64,000 bases of DNA from Octopus vulgaris. Lineage: Eukaryota. Position numbers and translations under genes: made by a program. The DNA is taken from contig OX597827.1 in assembly GCA_951406725.2 (NCBI GenBank), positions 33,480,001-33,544,000 of the forward strand, given 5' to 3'. Below, piece by piece: positions 12,213 to 24,119 of the stretch; the stretch's first letter is position 1, and every line of letters starts with the position of its first letter. The notes below the pieces were generated by a model that worked only from the letters and a program-made list of their open reading frames with translations, ran no database searches and was not told the DNA's origin.

Positions 12213-13990
12213 CTCTCAACTACTCCAAGGATGTTTAGTTTGCATTTGTTAAAGTTGTTAGCCATCTGCAGATATTTCTCTTTTTCCTTAAGCATTCTTA
12301 CATTAAGTGTTCCAATTTTCAGGTACTTTTTACTGTTCATAAGTTTCATTCCTCTGTTCTTGCCATCAGCTACTTCCAGTTGGATTTAAAGAAGTACTTT
12401 CATCAGTCTTTATGTGACTTGCTTGAACATCTGGAATGTCTGAGTCAGGGGCTCTAACCCTGGTGCTGTTAATGTGTGGATTCATAGGGGTTTCAGTTGC
12501 GCATATTATAGGAGTCATAGGGCACTGCTCCATGTGGTCCTGCAACACAACTACCCAGCCCCATCCGAGCAACTCCATTTATGCCTTTTAACACCTCTTA
12601 TACTCTGAACCTTCTAAAATGTCTACATCATCCTCTTCCAACAATTTTTCATATGTTAAAAGGTCTGGTAGTCTGTTCCAATCATATCCACTTTCATGCC
12701 TTGCCAACCTCACCTTTTGTTCCTCTGTGGTTACCACACATTGGTGCCACCTCTTAACATTGTTATACCCCTCTGTTTCCACTTTTTTACGCTCTTCCCA
12801 TGTCATTACCTCCTTACATAATTCCTCATTTGTATCATCATACATTATTACAGTACATTTTTTTCTTTTCTGCCTGGCTGGAGTTTGAGGGGGTTTGTGT
12901 GTACTTTTCTTTTTCTTTTGTTTTTGTGTTGGAGGGGAATGGGTAGGCTTGGTGCCTGTCGGGGATGGTGGGTCTGAGAGGGTGTGGGTTGGGGTTTAGA
13001 GTTCAAAACGCTTGCCTTCTTTCTCTTTCTTCCGGTGACTTTTCCCACCTGTCCTCCATTGCCACTACTTCCTCCTCCTTTCTGGAACTCCCCAACCTCT
13101 CTTCCTTTTGCTCCTCCATATTCTTTAGTTGCTTCTCCTCTGCTTTTTTGGTCTGTGAAGGGCAGTCTGCTCTAATGTGGCCCTTTAGGCCACATTTAAA
13201 GCATCTGGGGGCTCTGCTCTCCACCCTGACTGTCATCACGTCATCCATAATTATTGACTCTGTGATATTTCCAGAGTCTCAGTTGAACAATCAGGTTCGG
13301 TGTTTGTCCCTTCCATATTAGGCTTTCCTTTTTTATAGCCTGGAGAACCACTATGTTGTCTTCGTTTCCAAGAAGGAAGCATCTGCTACCCAGGCCACAT
13401 CAATCTCTGGTGGTATTCCTTCTATGCTGATTCTTGTTGCTCTTAGTCCTTGGTAAGTGGGCAGAAGCTTTTGATGGATGTCGCTGCTTGTTTCCTTGCT
13501 GTTGCCGTGCCCTTGAACCTCACCTCCACTACTCCAAACATTGAACCTCTTGCGAGGTACACGATATCACTCCATATCGGTCTCAGAGCCTTTTCCATCT
13601 GGTCCATAGTCACAATGTCAATTTTCCCATCACTTATCAAAAGGTTCAGTACATTATTGTCCTTTCCTTAATATTATTACGTTCGGGGGGGGGGGCAGCT
13701 TCACCTTAAAACCATCCAGACTTAATAAATCTCTATACCTTCCAAATTTTCCCATATCCATTTCCTTCTCCTGGCATTTTGCCGCGTCAGCAAAATTCCT
13801 CTTCTTCTTCAATTGATCGTCCATCTTTCGGACCACCTCCAACAATTCCTCTTCCAATGACAATATGTCTGAGAAGCTATAGTCTTCTACAGACATGTTT
13901 TTACTAAGCTTTCTCTCCTCTCATGAGAACAGAAAGCACAAACAAACAAACCGCTGCAAAGCAGCACAACATATTCAAAAACTATAGAAA
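12213..13990 (-). mobile_element. 5' part of a non-LTR retrotransposon: gag-like ORF1 with CCHC knuckle and start of APE ORF2
   Basis: ORF1 pieces 13896-12366 including CFKCGLKGHIRADC; then MNSKKYLKIGTLNVRML...ILGVVE (12340-12213), a typical APE N-terminus. Confidence 0.8.
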
Positions 13991-14619
13991 AAATACACCA
14001 GTACAAAAAGCAAAGTATAAAATATACAAACATTGAAAAGAACCATGTGGTCTAAACAATTTCACATTTCCTACAAATTAGGTCACTTACCTGAAGGAAA
14101 TATTCATTCCTTGTTGATTTTATGCCCGTTTTCTCACAGATATATCCTTGAATGTGAGTGTATATATGTGGCATTTATTTTGGCTGAATTTGACAGACAT
14201 CTATCATTCTCCCATAAATGCAATACACTAGTGAATGACCTGTTAAAGGCCTATAACCAGTGACATTGTGTTCCACAAAATAACATAGTTGATAGCTATG
14301 TGTTTATTTTTGGAGAAACCACACATTCTGCTCATCCTGACTACTTGAAGTCTACTTTCCAAATGCGTTTCACACAGTTTATGCCTCTTTAAGTTTTATC
14401 CTTCTTAAACATGGATGTTCTGTTAGAACAAACTATACTGCAGTAGGTACCATGTGAGAAACTCTCGTATTTGCTCTTTGGTGCAAAATGCACTCTTGTT
14501 TATATCACTAGTGGGGAAATAAATCTCTGCCAATTCCAGTGCCGAGACCACCAGGTCACATGCTTTATTCATAGCAAATTCTAGTGAAACAATTGGAAAA
14601 GCATTGGAAAAATATATCA

Positions 14620-14828
14620 TTTACTTGTTTCAGTCATTAGACTGTGACCATACAGGGGCACCACCTTTAAGCATTTTAGTTGAACAAATCAACCTCAGTA
14701 CTTATTATTTTTGTAAAACCTGGTACATATTTTATGAGTCTCCTTTACTGAACTGCTAACTTACGGGAACATGAACAAACCAACACCGGTTGTCAAGTGG
14801 TGCTGAGGGACAAACACAGACACAGAGA

Positions 14829-14889
<61 letters not shown>

Positions 14890-15050
14890 GCACATGATAG
14901 GATTCTTTCAATTTCTGTCAATCAAATCCACTCACAATGCTTTAGTCAATCTGAGGCTATTGGTAAAAGACATTTGTCCAAGGTGCCATACAGTGAAACT
15001 GAACCTAGAACTACATGGTTAGGAAGCAAACTTCTTACCACAAAACCACA
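14620..15050 (-). mobile_element. tRNA-derived CORE-type SINE family B
   Basis: Head GTGGTAAGAAGTTTGC...GGTTCAGT, CORE-like CCTTGG(A/G)CAA, internal (CA)n, tail ...GACTGAAACAAGTAAA. Confidence 0.82.
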
Positions 15051-15087
15051 CATTTCTTATAGTTCTTTAAATTGTGAGATTATTAAA

Positions 15088-15510
15088 GGTAGTGAGATGA
15101 TAGAATCGTTAGCATACCTGACAAAATGCTTCACAGCATTTTTCCAGTTTTTATGTTCTGAGTTCAAGTTCTGCCAAGATTGACTTTGCTTTTCATCCTT
15201 TCAGGGTCAGTAAAATAAGTGCCAGTCAGCACTGGGCTCAGTGTAATCAACTTGACCCCACTATCAAAATTTCAGGCATTGTTCATATAACAAAGAATTA
15301 TTGTTATTACAGGCAATGAATGGGTAGAAGCATTTGAGCTTAGAAAAAATGCCCTGTGGTATTTGTTTCAGCCCTTTGCATTCTGAGTCCCATCAATTCA
15401 AATTTGCTTTTCATCTCTTGGGATTGATGAAATGAAAGTCAAGTACTGTGGTTTGTGGTATCAACTAACCTCTTAATGCCAAAATTGCTGACCTCATGCC
15501 TAAATCAGAA
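15088..15510 (+). mobile_element. Two tandem diverged SINE family A copies
   Basis: GAATCGTTAGC...GAGTTCAAGTTC...GACTTTGCTTTTCATCCTTTCAGGG, then a second older copy, separated by TTATTGTTATTA. Confidence 0.7.
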
Positions 15511-15958
15511 ACTATTATTAATATTATTTTGATACATTGACAGGTTTAGGGATGGGGATCTTAGGTACTGGTAAGATAAATAGAAATAGGGAGGATTTGG
15601 TAGTCAGTAGCCCTGAACATTGACCAGTGTTGGCTTAAGGTTAGTAGGTCACAGAGCAAAGAGCCAAGGTCTTAAAGGTGTAACATGTCTATAAATAAAA
15701 CATGGGTTGATACCAGTGTGTGTGTGTGTAGCTTTCTATCATCATTCTCTCTCTTATACATTCTTGCCTGCATATATATATGTGTGTGCGTATATATATA
15801 TATTATATATATATATATAAATAGGAAGTACTGGTACAAGGAAGGTACCAATTTTTGCTGTGCCACTATTTCCTATTTATAATTCTACCTTTACAGTGCT
15901 TATTTCGCTGGAAAATAATACTATTGTATTGTAATAATATTTATAATTTATATATATA

Positions 15959-16018
<60 letters not shown>

Positions 16019-16707
16019 CACACACACACCTTTATTCAGAAATCAAGATTTCAATGTGTAATTTTTTTCAGTTTTAAAAATACATTTTGATTTAACTGAG
16101 AAAATTTGTCATAAATAGAAAACATATAATTTTAATTATCAAACTGATAAGTATTCTCAAAAACAAATTTAAACTTCATTTGTAAACTTCATTTGTAATT
16201 AAAATAAAACAACTTTATTTCACCTTTTAATCAACAAATATTTTGATATTTTTCATATATATATATATATATATATTGCCTAGATTGATCTGCATGCTAT
16301 AAAACGTGTCATGATGTATCAAAACAATTTTATTTGAAGAAGCAGAGCAATAAAAAAAAGGATATCCTGCAATCGACAGACACATTTGCCCAATCCCCAG
16401 CAAAATCAAAATCATCAATGTCCCCACTGAGACTTCATAGCAAAATTCATACCTGGACTCAAATTACATTCATGCATCCATTGTGAATAAATGCAGTTTC
16501 TTTTGTTATTTTATTCTTAAGTTGTTTTTTTCTTTTTTCTCACTTTTTTCTTTTCTTTAAATCTTTAAACACTCATATATCAAAATTGATGGGAGTGACC
16601 ATCATTTTTATATATATATATATATATATATCATCATCATCATCATCATCGTTTAATGTCCGTTCTCCATGCTAGCATGGGTTATATATATATATATATA
16701 AAATATC

Positions 16708-16876
16708 AAAACAATATCGAACACACATACACAAGGCATGTGTTTTGCTGTTTTAGTAGTTCATGGGTAGGCTGCACTTATAGGCATTAGAGAATATATT
16801 CTCTTCTACCTATAAGTGCAACCTACCAATGAAATAGCAAAAAGCATACCTTGTGTGTGTGTGTTTGATATTGTTT
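16708..16876. repeat. ~170 bp imperfect palindrome next to a (TA)n tract
   Basis: Centre GAGAATATATTCTC; arms GTAGGCTGCACTTATAGG/CCTATAAGTGCAACCTAC and AAACAATATCGAACAC/GTGTTTGATATTGTTT. Confidence 0.8.
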
Positions 16877-17029
16877 AAATCCCTCAAGCTGCTTTTAACT
16901 CACATTTGAATACGCACACACATGCACAAATGACCTAAGAGAAATAACTCATGATGGCCACTGGCATGTGTTTGAGTAGTATAGACATATATCAATTTAG
17001 GTATGTGTGTGTATTATATTTATATAAAA

Positions 17030-17210
17030 CAGATATGTGTGGCTGTGTAGTAAGAAGCTTGCAGCCCTACCACATGGTTCTAGGATCAGTCCCACTGTGC
17101 GGGCAAGTATTTTCTACTATAGTCTCGGGCTGACCAAAGCCTTGTGAGTGGATCTGGTTTGATGCAAACTGAAAGAAGTCCGTCATCTGTGTGTGTGTGT
17201 GTGTCTTAAA
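17030..17210 (+). mobile_element. SINE family B, 5' half
   Basis: GTGGCTGTGTAGTAAGAAGCTTGC...GGGCAAGT...AAAGCCTTGTGAGTGGAT. Confidence 0.78.
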
Positions 17211-17259
17211 TAAGTCCTTGGATGAATTTTGGATCTTTGTGGTTTTCATCTCTGTTCAC

Positions 17260-18166
17260 AATTATTATTAAAAAAATTTTTTAATGTATCATGTAGATGT
17301 AATTTTTGATGCAGAATCCAAATTTGTTATTCATTTATTCCAGAAAAATTTTGCAAAAATGTTACAGTTGTTCAAAGTTTGATCATTTTCAGAATTTTCA
17401 ACCAATCAGAAAACAGCATGTTCACTGCCTCTTCCATCATTGGGGATGGGGGGAGGATATCTGCATGTCAGAACATTAAACTAGCCCAGGAGCAAATGAA
17501 ATTTGGAAACGACATGCTGTACTGCTTGACATTTTGGAGTGTTTGGGTGTCAGTCTGAGGATATGTACCAAGAGTGATAAAAATCAGATATCCAGTCAAC
17601 ATGATGGGGTTTGGAGTGATCACTAGTGATGGCAACATTATGCTTCCATTCATCTTCCCACATGGCCTCGGACTCAACACGGAGGCCTACATCATGTGCC
17701 TGGAGGAGGTAGTGCTGCCCTGGGTCAAGAGGGTGGATGCTGGAAGACCCTATGTCTGGCAACAAGACTCTGCACCTTGCCACACAAGCAGGAGAACCCA
17801 GTCATGGCTGTCACACAATTTCTGTGACCACATCACCCCTAACATCTAGCCACCTAACTCCTGCACACTGAAATCCCCTTGATTATTGAGTGAGAGACCA
17901 ACAAAATGCCAAAGATGAACTGAAGGCAAGGAGTATGGCAGCATTCACCAACTTAAACAAGGAGACCATCCAGAAGAGTTGCAAGAGATTCCAAAGTCAT
18001 CAGGAGGCTGTGGTAGAAGCCTATGGTGATTTTATTGAATAAATTTACTCTAGTATTTCAAGATATCTTTATGTAATTTTTGTAAATATATGTTAAAATG
18101 AGATAGATGTCAGTGTTTATTTTCATTTTTTGTAATTTTAGATAACAATGTATTCACTGCACCCTA
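17260..18166 (+). mobile_element. maT (DD37D) Tc1/mariner-superfamily remnant
   Basis: MGFGVITSDG...VWQQDSAPCH...HITPNI*PPNS..NPLDY; 37-aa spacing (consensus with the copy at 20152). Confidence 0.85.
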
Positions 18167-18369
18167 TACATAAAAATCTAAGCTTGAAAAAAATGGGCTT
18201 CTGCTAAAGGCCCATGAAATTTTAAGTTGTACGGAGCCAAATCAAACAGTTTTAAATAATACATGTAACTCCTACAAAATGTGTTGAGTGTCTTTTTCTT
18301 CATTTGTCCACTTGCTCGTGTGTGTGTGTGTTTATTTGTGGTGTCCTGTACTCATATATATATATATAT

Positions 18370-19130
18370 ATTATATTATATTATAATAAATTAGAGATAA
18401 AACCACTATTAGGCAAATCAAACAATGAAAAACATAAGCCAATACATAAAATTAATTTAATTTATATTATTTTAAATATATATCAAAAGTATTAAAAGTT
18501 TAATAAAAGATAAAGAGTAAAACACTGCGATCGTTTCATGGCTGTACAATTTGAATAACAATAATTTAAATTCAATTAATAATTCGAGTTATGGTTACAG
18601 TCAATCTTCAGGTTAATTGAAATATCTAAAAAATAATCAGAAATATTTAAACAATATTTTTAAGATATAAATAATATAATAATTTTACTTATAATAAACT
18701 CTATTATCAAACTAGAAACATAACTTAACAATTATGATTATATCAAAATCGACTATAATGTTAAATATTAATTTTAATTTATAAGGTAGGAAACCCACCA
18801 ATAATCTAATATCGGTATTAATCTATATCTAATTACATAAATATTTAAAAATGACTATTATATATAAATTATCAATGAAAATATATAAATGTATATAAAT
18901 ATTATAATTAAGATCTAAAATAATTTCTATGAATAAATATATATGCACATATAATAAAAACCTAATAAATTAATTTTTCATATTTAAAGATGAAATAGCT
19001 AATGCATGAATATATACATATAGATGTAGGTACGTACATATATGTATGTATGCATATATTTTATTTATTAAATTGTTATTATATGACTGAGCACCTCGCG
19101 TCGTTTCGTTTCTTATCCTCCAAGTAAGTT
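18370..19130 (-). mobile_element. AT-rich Penelope-like terminal remnant with degenerate hammerhead motif
   Basis: Minus strand 18614-18523: CTGAAGA-stem(TGACTGTA/TACAGCCA)-GAAA-CGATCG-CA; embedded in (TA)n. Confidence 0.5.
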
Positions 19131-19152
19131 TTTATATATATATATATATATA

Positions 19153-19411
19153 GCCTCGCCTGGCCCCCGTGCCGGCGGCACGAAAAAACACCATCCGTTC
19201 GTGGCCGTTTGCCAGCTCTGTCTGGCACCTGTGCAGGTGGCACATAAAAAGCACCCACTACACTCACGGAGTGGTTGGCGTTAGGAAGGGCATCCAGCCG
19301 TAGAAACACTGCCAAATCTGACTGGGCCTGATGAAGCCTTCCGGCTTCACAGACCCCAGTTAAACCGTCCAACCCATGCTAGCATGGAAAACGGACGCTA
19401 AATGATGATGA
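19153..19411 (+). mobile_element. RTE LINE 3' UTR/tail
   Basis: Hairpin units GTGCCGGCGGCAC, then GGAAGGGCATCC, CCATGCTAGCATGG, (GAT)n. Confidence 0.82.
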
Positions 19412-19416
19412 CACAC

Positions 19417-19456
<40 letters not shown>

Positions 19457-20151
19457 CAAAATGTGACAACGCAAAACATCCGGATAACTAGGTGATACAA
19501 AAAGGGGACAAAACATCCAGATAGACGAAACAAAAAAATAAGGACAGGTCATCTGAAGCTTCCTATCCTCAATCAAGAACCAATCTGGCCAGCCCCAAGG
19601 AAAACCTAAGTTAAGAGCATTAGATTCCTTGGAAGAAAGCATCGAATGTATACGAAAACAAGGACAGAAAAACAGACGATGTTACATGAATATAAATACA
19701 AAATACAATGAAATTTTAAAAAATAATAATAATAACAGGACATAACAAAACAGGTGTCTTTCGACTGAGGACGAATTGAATTCAGCCGGTGTGTGTGGAA
19801 ATCAAGCCTTATGGCAAAGATACAAAACTTTTACAAACACAGGGAAGAATATCGATGTTGCAGTGACTACAGTCAAATGCAAAAAGAGGGCTAGCAGCCT
19901 GAGCTATCAGTCACATGAGAAGAGAAAAGAGGAATAAAAGGAGAGGGAGAGTTGTAGAAGCAGATGGACAGAAGAATTAGGGAGGGGCGAGAAAAAAAAC
20001 GACAGGGACATAGTGAAGTGAAAAGTGAGTAAGAAAGGCAAAGAAATGTGAGAGAGAGGAAAAAGTTGAAAAAGTAAATTTAGTAAAATGTGTACTTACA
20101 TAAAAGAGAACAAAGTGTACGTATGCCACTATATATATATATATACACACA

Positions 20152-21370
20152 CAGGGTGTGTAAGATATTTGAGGACAGATTTATATTTACAAAAAAAAAC
20201 AGATATAGAATAACAAATAGTTATTTATTTATGCTATGAAGATAGAAATAAACTTCCTTTTCTATAATGTTATTCAATAAAGCCACCTTCAGCTTCACAA
20301 CTGCTTCTATATGAGATCTAAATCATCTACATGCTCGAATCAAGTGGTCCTGGTTCATTTTGGACATTACTCTGACTGTGGCAGCTTTCAAAGATCTTTG
20401 GTGTTATGGGCATGTTCATTGACCTCTCTCTCAACAATGCTCCATGTGTAATAGTCCAGTGGATTGAGATCTTGGGAATTAGGAGGCCAAATGTTAGGGG
20501 TTATGTGATCATGAAAATTTTCAGCCATCCGTTCCTGTGTTACTAGAGCCAGGTGTGATAGTGCAGTCTTACTGAAACACATATGGCCTTCCATTGCATA
20601 CACTGTCTATTCAGGGCTTAACAATTATTTGCAGGACCTCAATGTAGGTGGCAGAGTTAACTCTAAGGCCTTGTGGAAAGAAGTAAGGAGGCATCAGATG
20701 TCCTTTATTGCTGACAATCTCTAAAACTATGACAGTTGCAAGAAATTTTGTATGCATAACACTTGAAACTTAAGACGGGTCTGCACATAACCATTTCTTC
20801 TGTTAACTTTTTGATCTTGGTCAAAAGTTTTTCTCATTTGAGAAAAACCAAATCAAATCTACTGGATTTTTCAGTTTGTTTAAGAGCCTTTTAGATTTGA
20901 TGTAATGATTTTCCTTTTGCTTTTTCTGACAAATTGACCTTTCCTCATCATATATCTGATGTCTTCATGGACAACATTTCGACTGTTCCTTCTGACACAT
21001 GGAGATCTTTTGCAATTGATTTCATGGAATTTCTAGGATTGTAATCAATGGTCTGTCGAACTTGCTGGATAAATTCAGGTGTTCTGATGATTTCAGAGCA
21101 TTTAGAATGCTTTTTAGGCTTTGATACTGGTGATACATTTCCATCTTCAGTCTCTAGCTCCTTACAGACTTTGTAGTTGAAAGATCTGGCAACTTTTAAA
21201 AGTCGAGGTATTTCTAAATCACTATGCTCAGCCTTTATAATCACAATGACAGCATACCTCTTCATTTCTTGAGTAAGCTGAGGACCCCTTTAAAGCTGTT
21301 ATGTTTAAAAACACAGCATACCTCAAAGAATCTCTCTCACTTCTGGGGCAATTTTTTGTTTCACCTAGCT
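20152..21370 (-). mobile_element. maT (DD37D) transposon, near full length, degraded
   Basis: ORF 20948-21265 HTH region (SIAKDLHVSEGTV); ORF 20388-20603 IWPPNSQDLNPLDY; TIR-like CAGGGTGTG at 20152. Confidence 0.87.
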
Positions 21371-21856
21371 TTGAGATATTCTGATTTTTATACATAATAC
21401 ATCCTTAAAGGGTTCTCTCTTGGATGAAGTATAACACTTTCACAGCATCTAATAATGCACTACACATTAAGTATGTGTGTGATATTGACAATGTTTACAT
21501 TATTAAGCTACTCCAGACACAAAATATATAAATATATCTATATGCACACACACACAGACACTTTGAGACCAGGTCACTATGAGGGCTCATTTGATATTTT
21601 GAGGCTCCTGTGAGAGGTCATTTGAGTTTGCAAGATCACTACAATAGATATTCAGAGATGGTGAAGTTACTATGTGGGGTGGGGGAGGGGGGAGTTTGAA
21701 ATTGTGGTCACCATGAGAGGCTCATTTGAGATTGTAATATGTGAATGGAGAAGGCTAGTGTGAGTCTGCTTCCTTGACATGTCTAGTGATTTTGTCTTTG
21801 TGCTTTTGAAGAACAATCTGTAAGAAAATGCACTGACTGATCAACCCTGATTTAGT

Positions 21857-23746
21857 GGTTAATATAGGGCGTAACAAATATCAGAAAATCAAAAAAAAAA
21901 TGTGTGTAATAGGTGTAAAACAACTTCCTATGAACGAATAGGAAAAAAAAATTCGCGCACGCGAAAGGGGGTGGGGGAGAGGCCTCGGAAAATTCACATC
22001 GGGAAGTTCCGAAAGCGTCTGAGGAGCTGACCCGGGCACCAAAACAAAAAAAAAATAGTGTAATATGTGTAAAACAACTTGCTCTAAACGAATATGACCA
22101 AAAAAAATGCGCTCTCGCGAAAGAGGGGTGGGGGAGAGGCCTCGGAATATTTATATCGGGAATTTCCGAAAGCGTCTGAACCGGGCACAAAAACAAAAAC
22201 AGCGACTATCATGAAAAAAATGCGCGCTCGCGAAAGGGGGGTGGGGGAGAGGCTTCGGAAATTTCACATCTTCAGTCCACGGCCTTTAAACTAAGAAAAA
22301 ATAGTGTAATTGGTGTAAAACTACTTGTTCTAAACGAGTATCAAGAACACACACTCACACATGAATCATAAACTCCGTATTTCGCAAAAAAAAAAAAAAT
22401 AAAGAGAAGAAATTCTGGAAAAAGTGAAGAAATGTTGGATCTCATTCCTTGGTTAAAGCTATTTTAAACATTAAATTTATGCTTTTCTTTGAAATAGTTC
22501 AGATATATGCAATTCTTCTCACTTATTAAGATGCATTTATCAGAAAAAAAGAGACAGAAAAAATTATTATTTTGTGTCAATCCTTCCCTAATTATCCTTT
22601 ATTAATTAGTTTTGGCGTGTATTTTTTTCCCAAATTTATTTTTTCACCTTTACAACACTGTTTAGTAAAGCAATTAATTATCTTTATAATTTGCATATTT
22701 GACTTATTAATCAAAATTCTCTAGATGTAATATATACTAAGTAATGCATCCTTCATTTATGTGTTCCGTTCTGTATTATGCATGCGTGACTGTTTGTATG
22801 TAAGTGTGTTTAACTGTGCACATGAATGTGAATATTAAAGAACATATTTATTTACTATGATTGTTATTTTCAGAACAAATAAATCTTTTGGCTGTTATGT
22901 TATTGATGTTATTATTATTGCTAGTTAAAGGGTGGTGACTTGGCTGAATATTTTGAGTCTTGTAGTATGTAGTTGTGTTAGTCAATATTCTGAGTTCAAA
23001 TCCAACTCATTTCTTTATCATCATTATCGATGGACCACTCAAAGAGGTATGTATACATTATCATTTTCGTAACATAATTTCTGTAGTATTTCAAGATGTT
23101 TCTGACACGTATTTTGATTCACATGGCGGAGATCCAACATTTCTTCACTTTTTCCAGAATTTCTTCTCTTTATTATTTTTTTTTGCGAAATACGGAGTTT
23201 ATGATTCATGTGTGAGTGTGTGTTCTTGATACTCGTTTAGAACAAGTAGTTTTACACCAATTACACTATTTTTTCTTAGTTTAAAGGCCGTGGACTGAAG
23301 ATGTGAAATTTCCGAAGCCTCTCCCCACCCCCCTTTCGCGAGTGCGCATTTTTTTCATGATAGTCGTTTAGAGCAAGTTGTTTTACACCTATTACGCTGT
23401 TTTTGTTTTTGTTTTTGTGCCCGGTTCAGACGCTTTCGGAAATTCCCGATATAAATATTCCGAGGCCTCTCCCCCACCCCTCTTTCTCGAGAGCGCATTT
23501 TTTTTTGTCATATTCGTTTAGAGCAAGTTGTTTTACACATATTACACTTTTTTTTTTGTTTTGGTGCCCGGGTCAGCCCCTCAGACGCTTTCGGAACTTC
23601 CCGATGTGAATTTTCCGAGGCCTCTCCCCCACCCCCCTTTCGCGTGCGCGAATTTTTTTTCATATTCGTTCATAGGAAGTTGTTTTACACCTATTACACA
23701 CATTTTTTTTTTGATTTTCTGATATTTGTTACGCCCTATATTAACC
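21857..23746. mobile_element. Foldback-type non-autonomous DNA transposon, ~600 bp modular TIRs, 8-bp TSD (Merlin/MULE-like)
   Basis: 21857-22443 is a near-perfect reverse complement of 23129-23746; ends GGTTAA...TTAACC; TSD GATTTAGT at 21849-21856 and 23747-23754. Confidence 0.93.
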
Positions 23747-23927
23747 GATTTAGTCCTTTATCAAAGGAAAGTTTAAATTTAATTAAAAACTGTTATATTC
23801 AGATTGTAAGCCTAATAGTGATTTGAGAACTCCTTTGTTTTATCCAAAGTGTACCTACATTATATTTTAAATATAAAATAAACTTTTTTCTTTGTTATTG
23901 ACAATCACAAATGAACAGTTTATGTAA

Positions 23928-24119
23928 CTGACCTGTTGTTTTTCTTTTTTTTTCTGTTTTCTAGTTCTTCATGGAAAGGTTTCCAAGACAGTTCATTGGA
24001 GAATCTCTTCTACTGGAAGTGCCCAGATAAAGGAATTCAACATTGCCATTCTTGACAACAACATGACTGACACCACTACTGCTTCTACTGTCTCATCTTT
24101 TACAAACCATTATACATAA
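23928..24119 (+). other. Strong splice acceptor and possible terminal coding exon
   Basis: Branch CTGAC (23928), polypyrimidine TTTTTCTTTTTTTTTCTGTTTTCTAG (AG 23963-64); phase-1 frame open for 50 codons to TAA 24117-24119. Confidence 0.5.

Noticed and set aside
16290-16480. Possible minus-strand coding fragment (GDIDDFDFAGDWANV)
   Set aside because: No consistent splice sites or frame, and no recognisable homology
21852-23826. ORFs within the foldback arms as a transposase
   Set aside because: They mirror the subrepeats, are low complexity and have no DDE motifs
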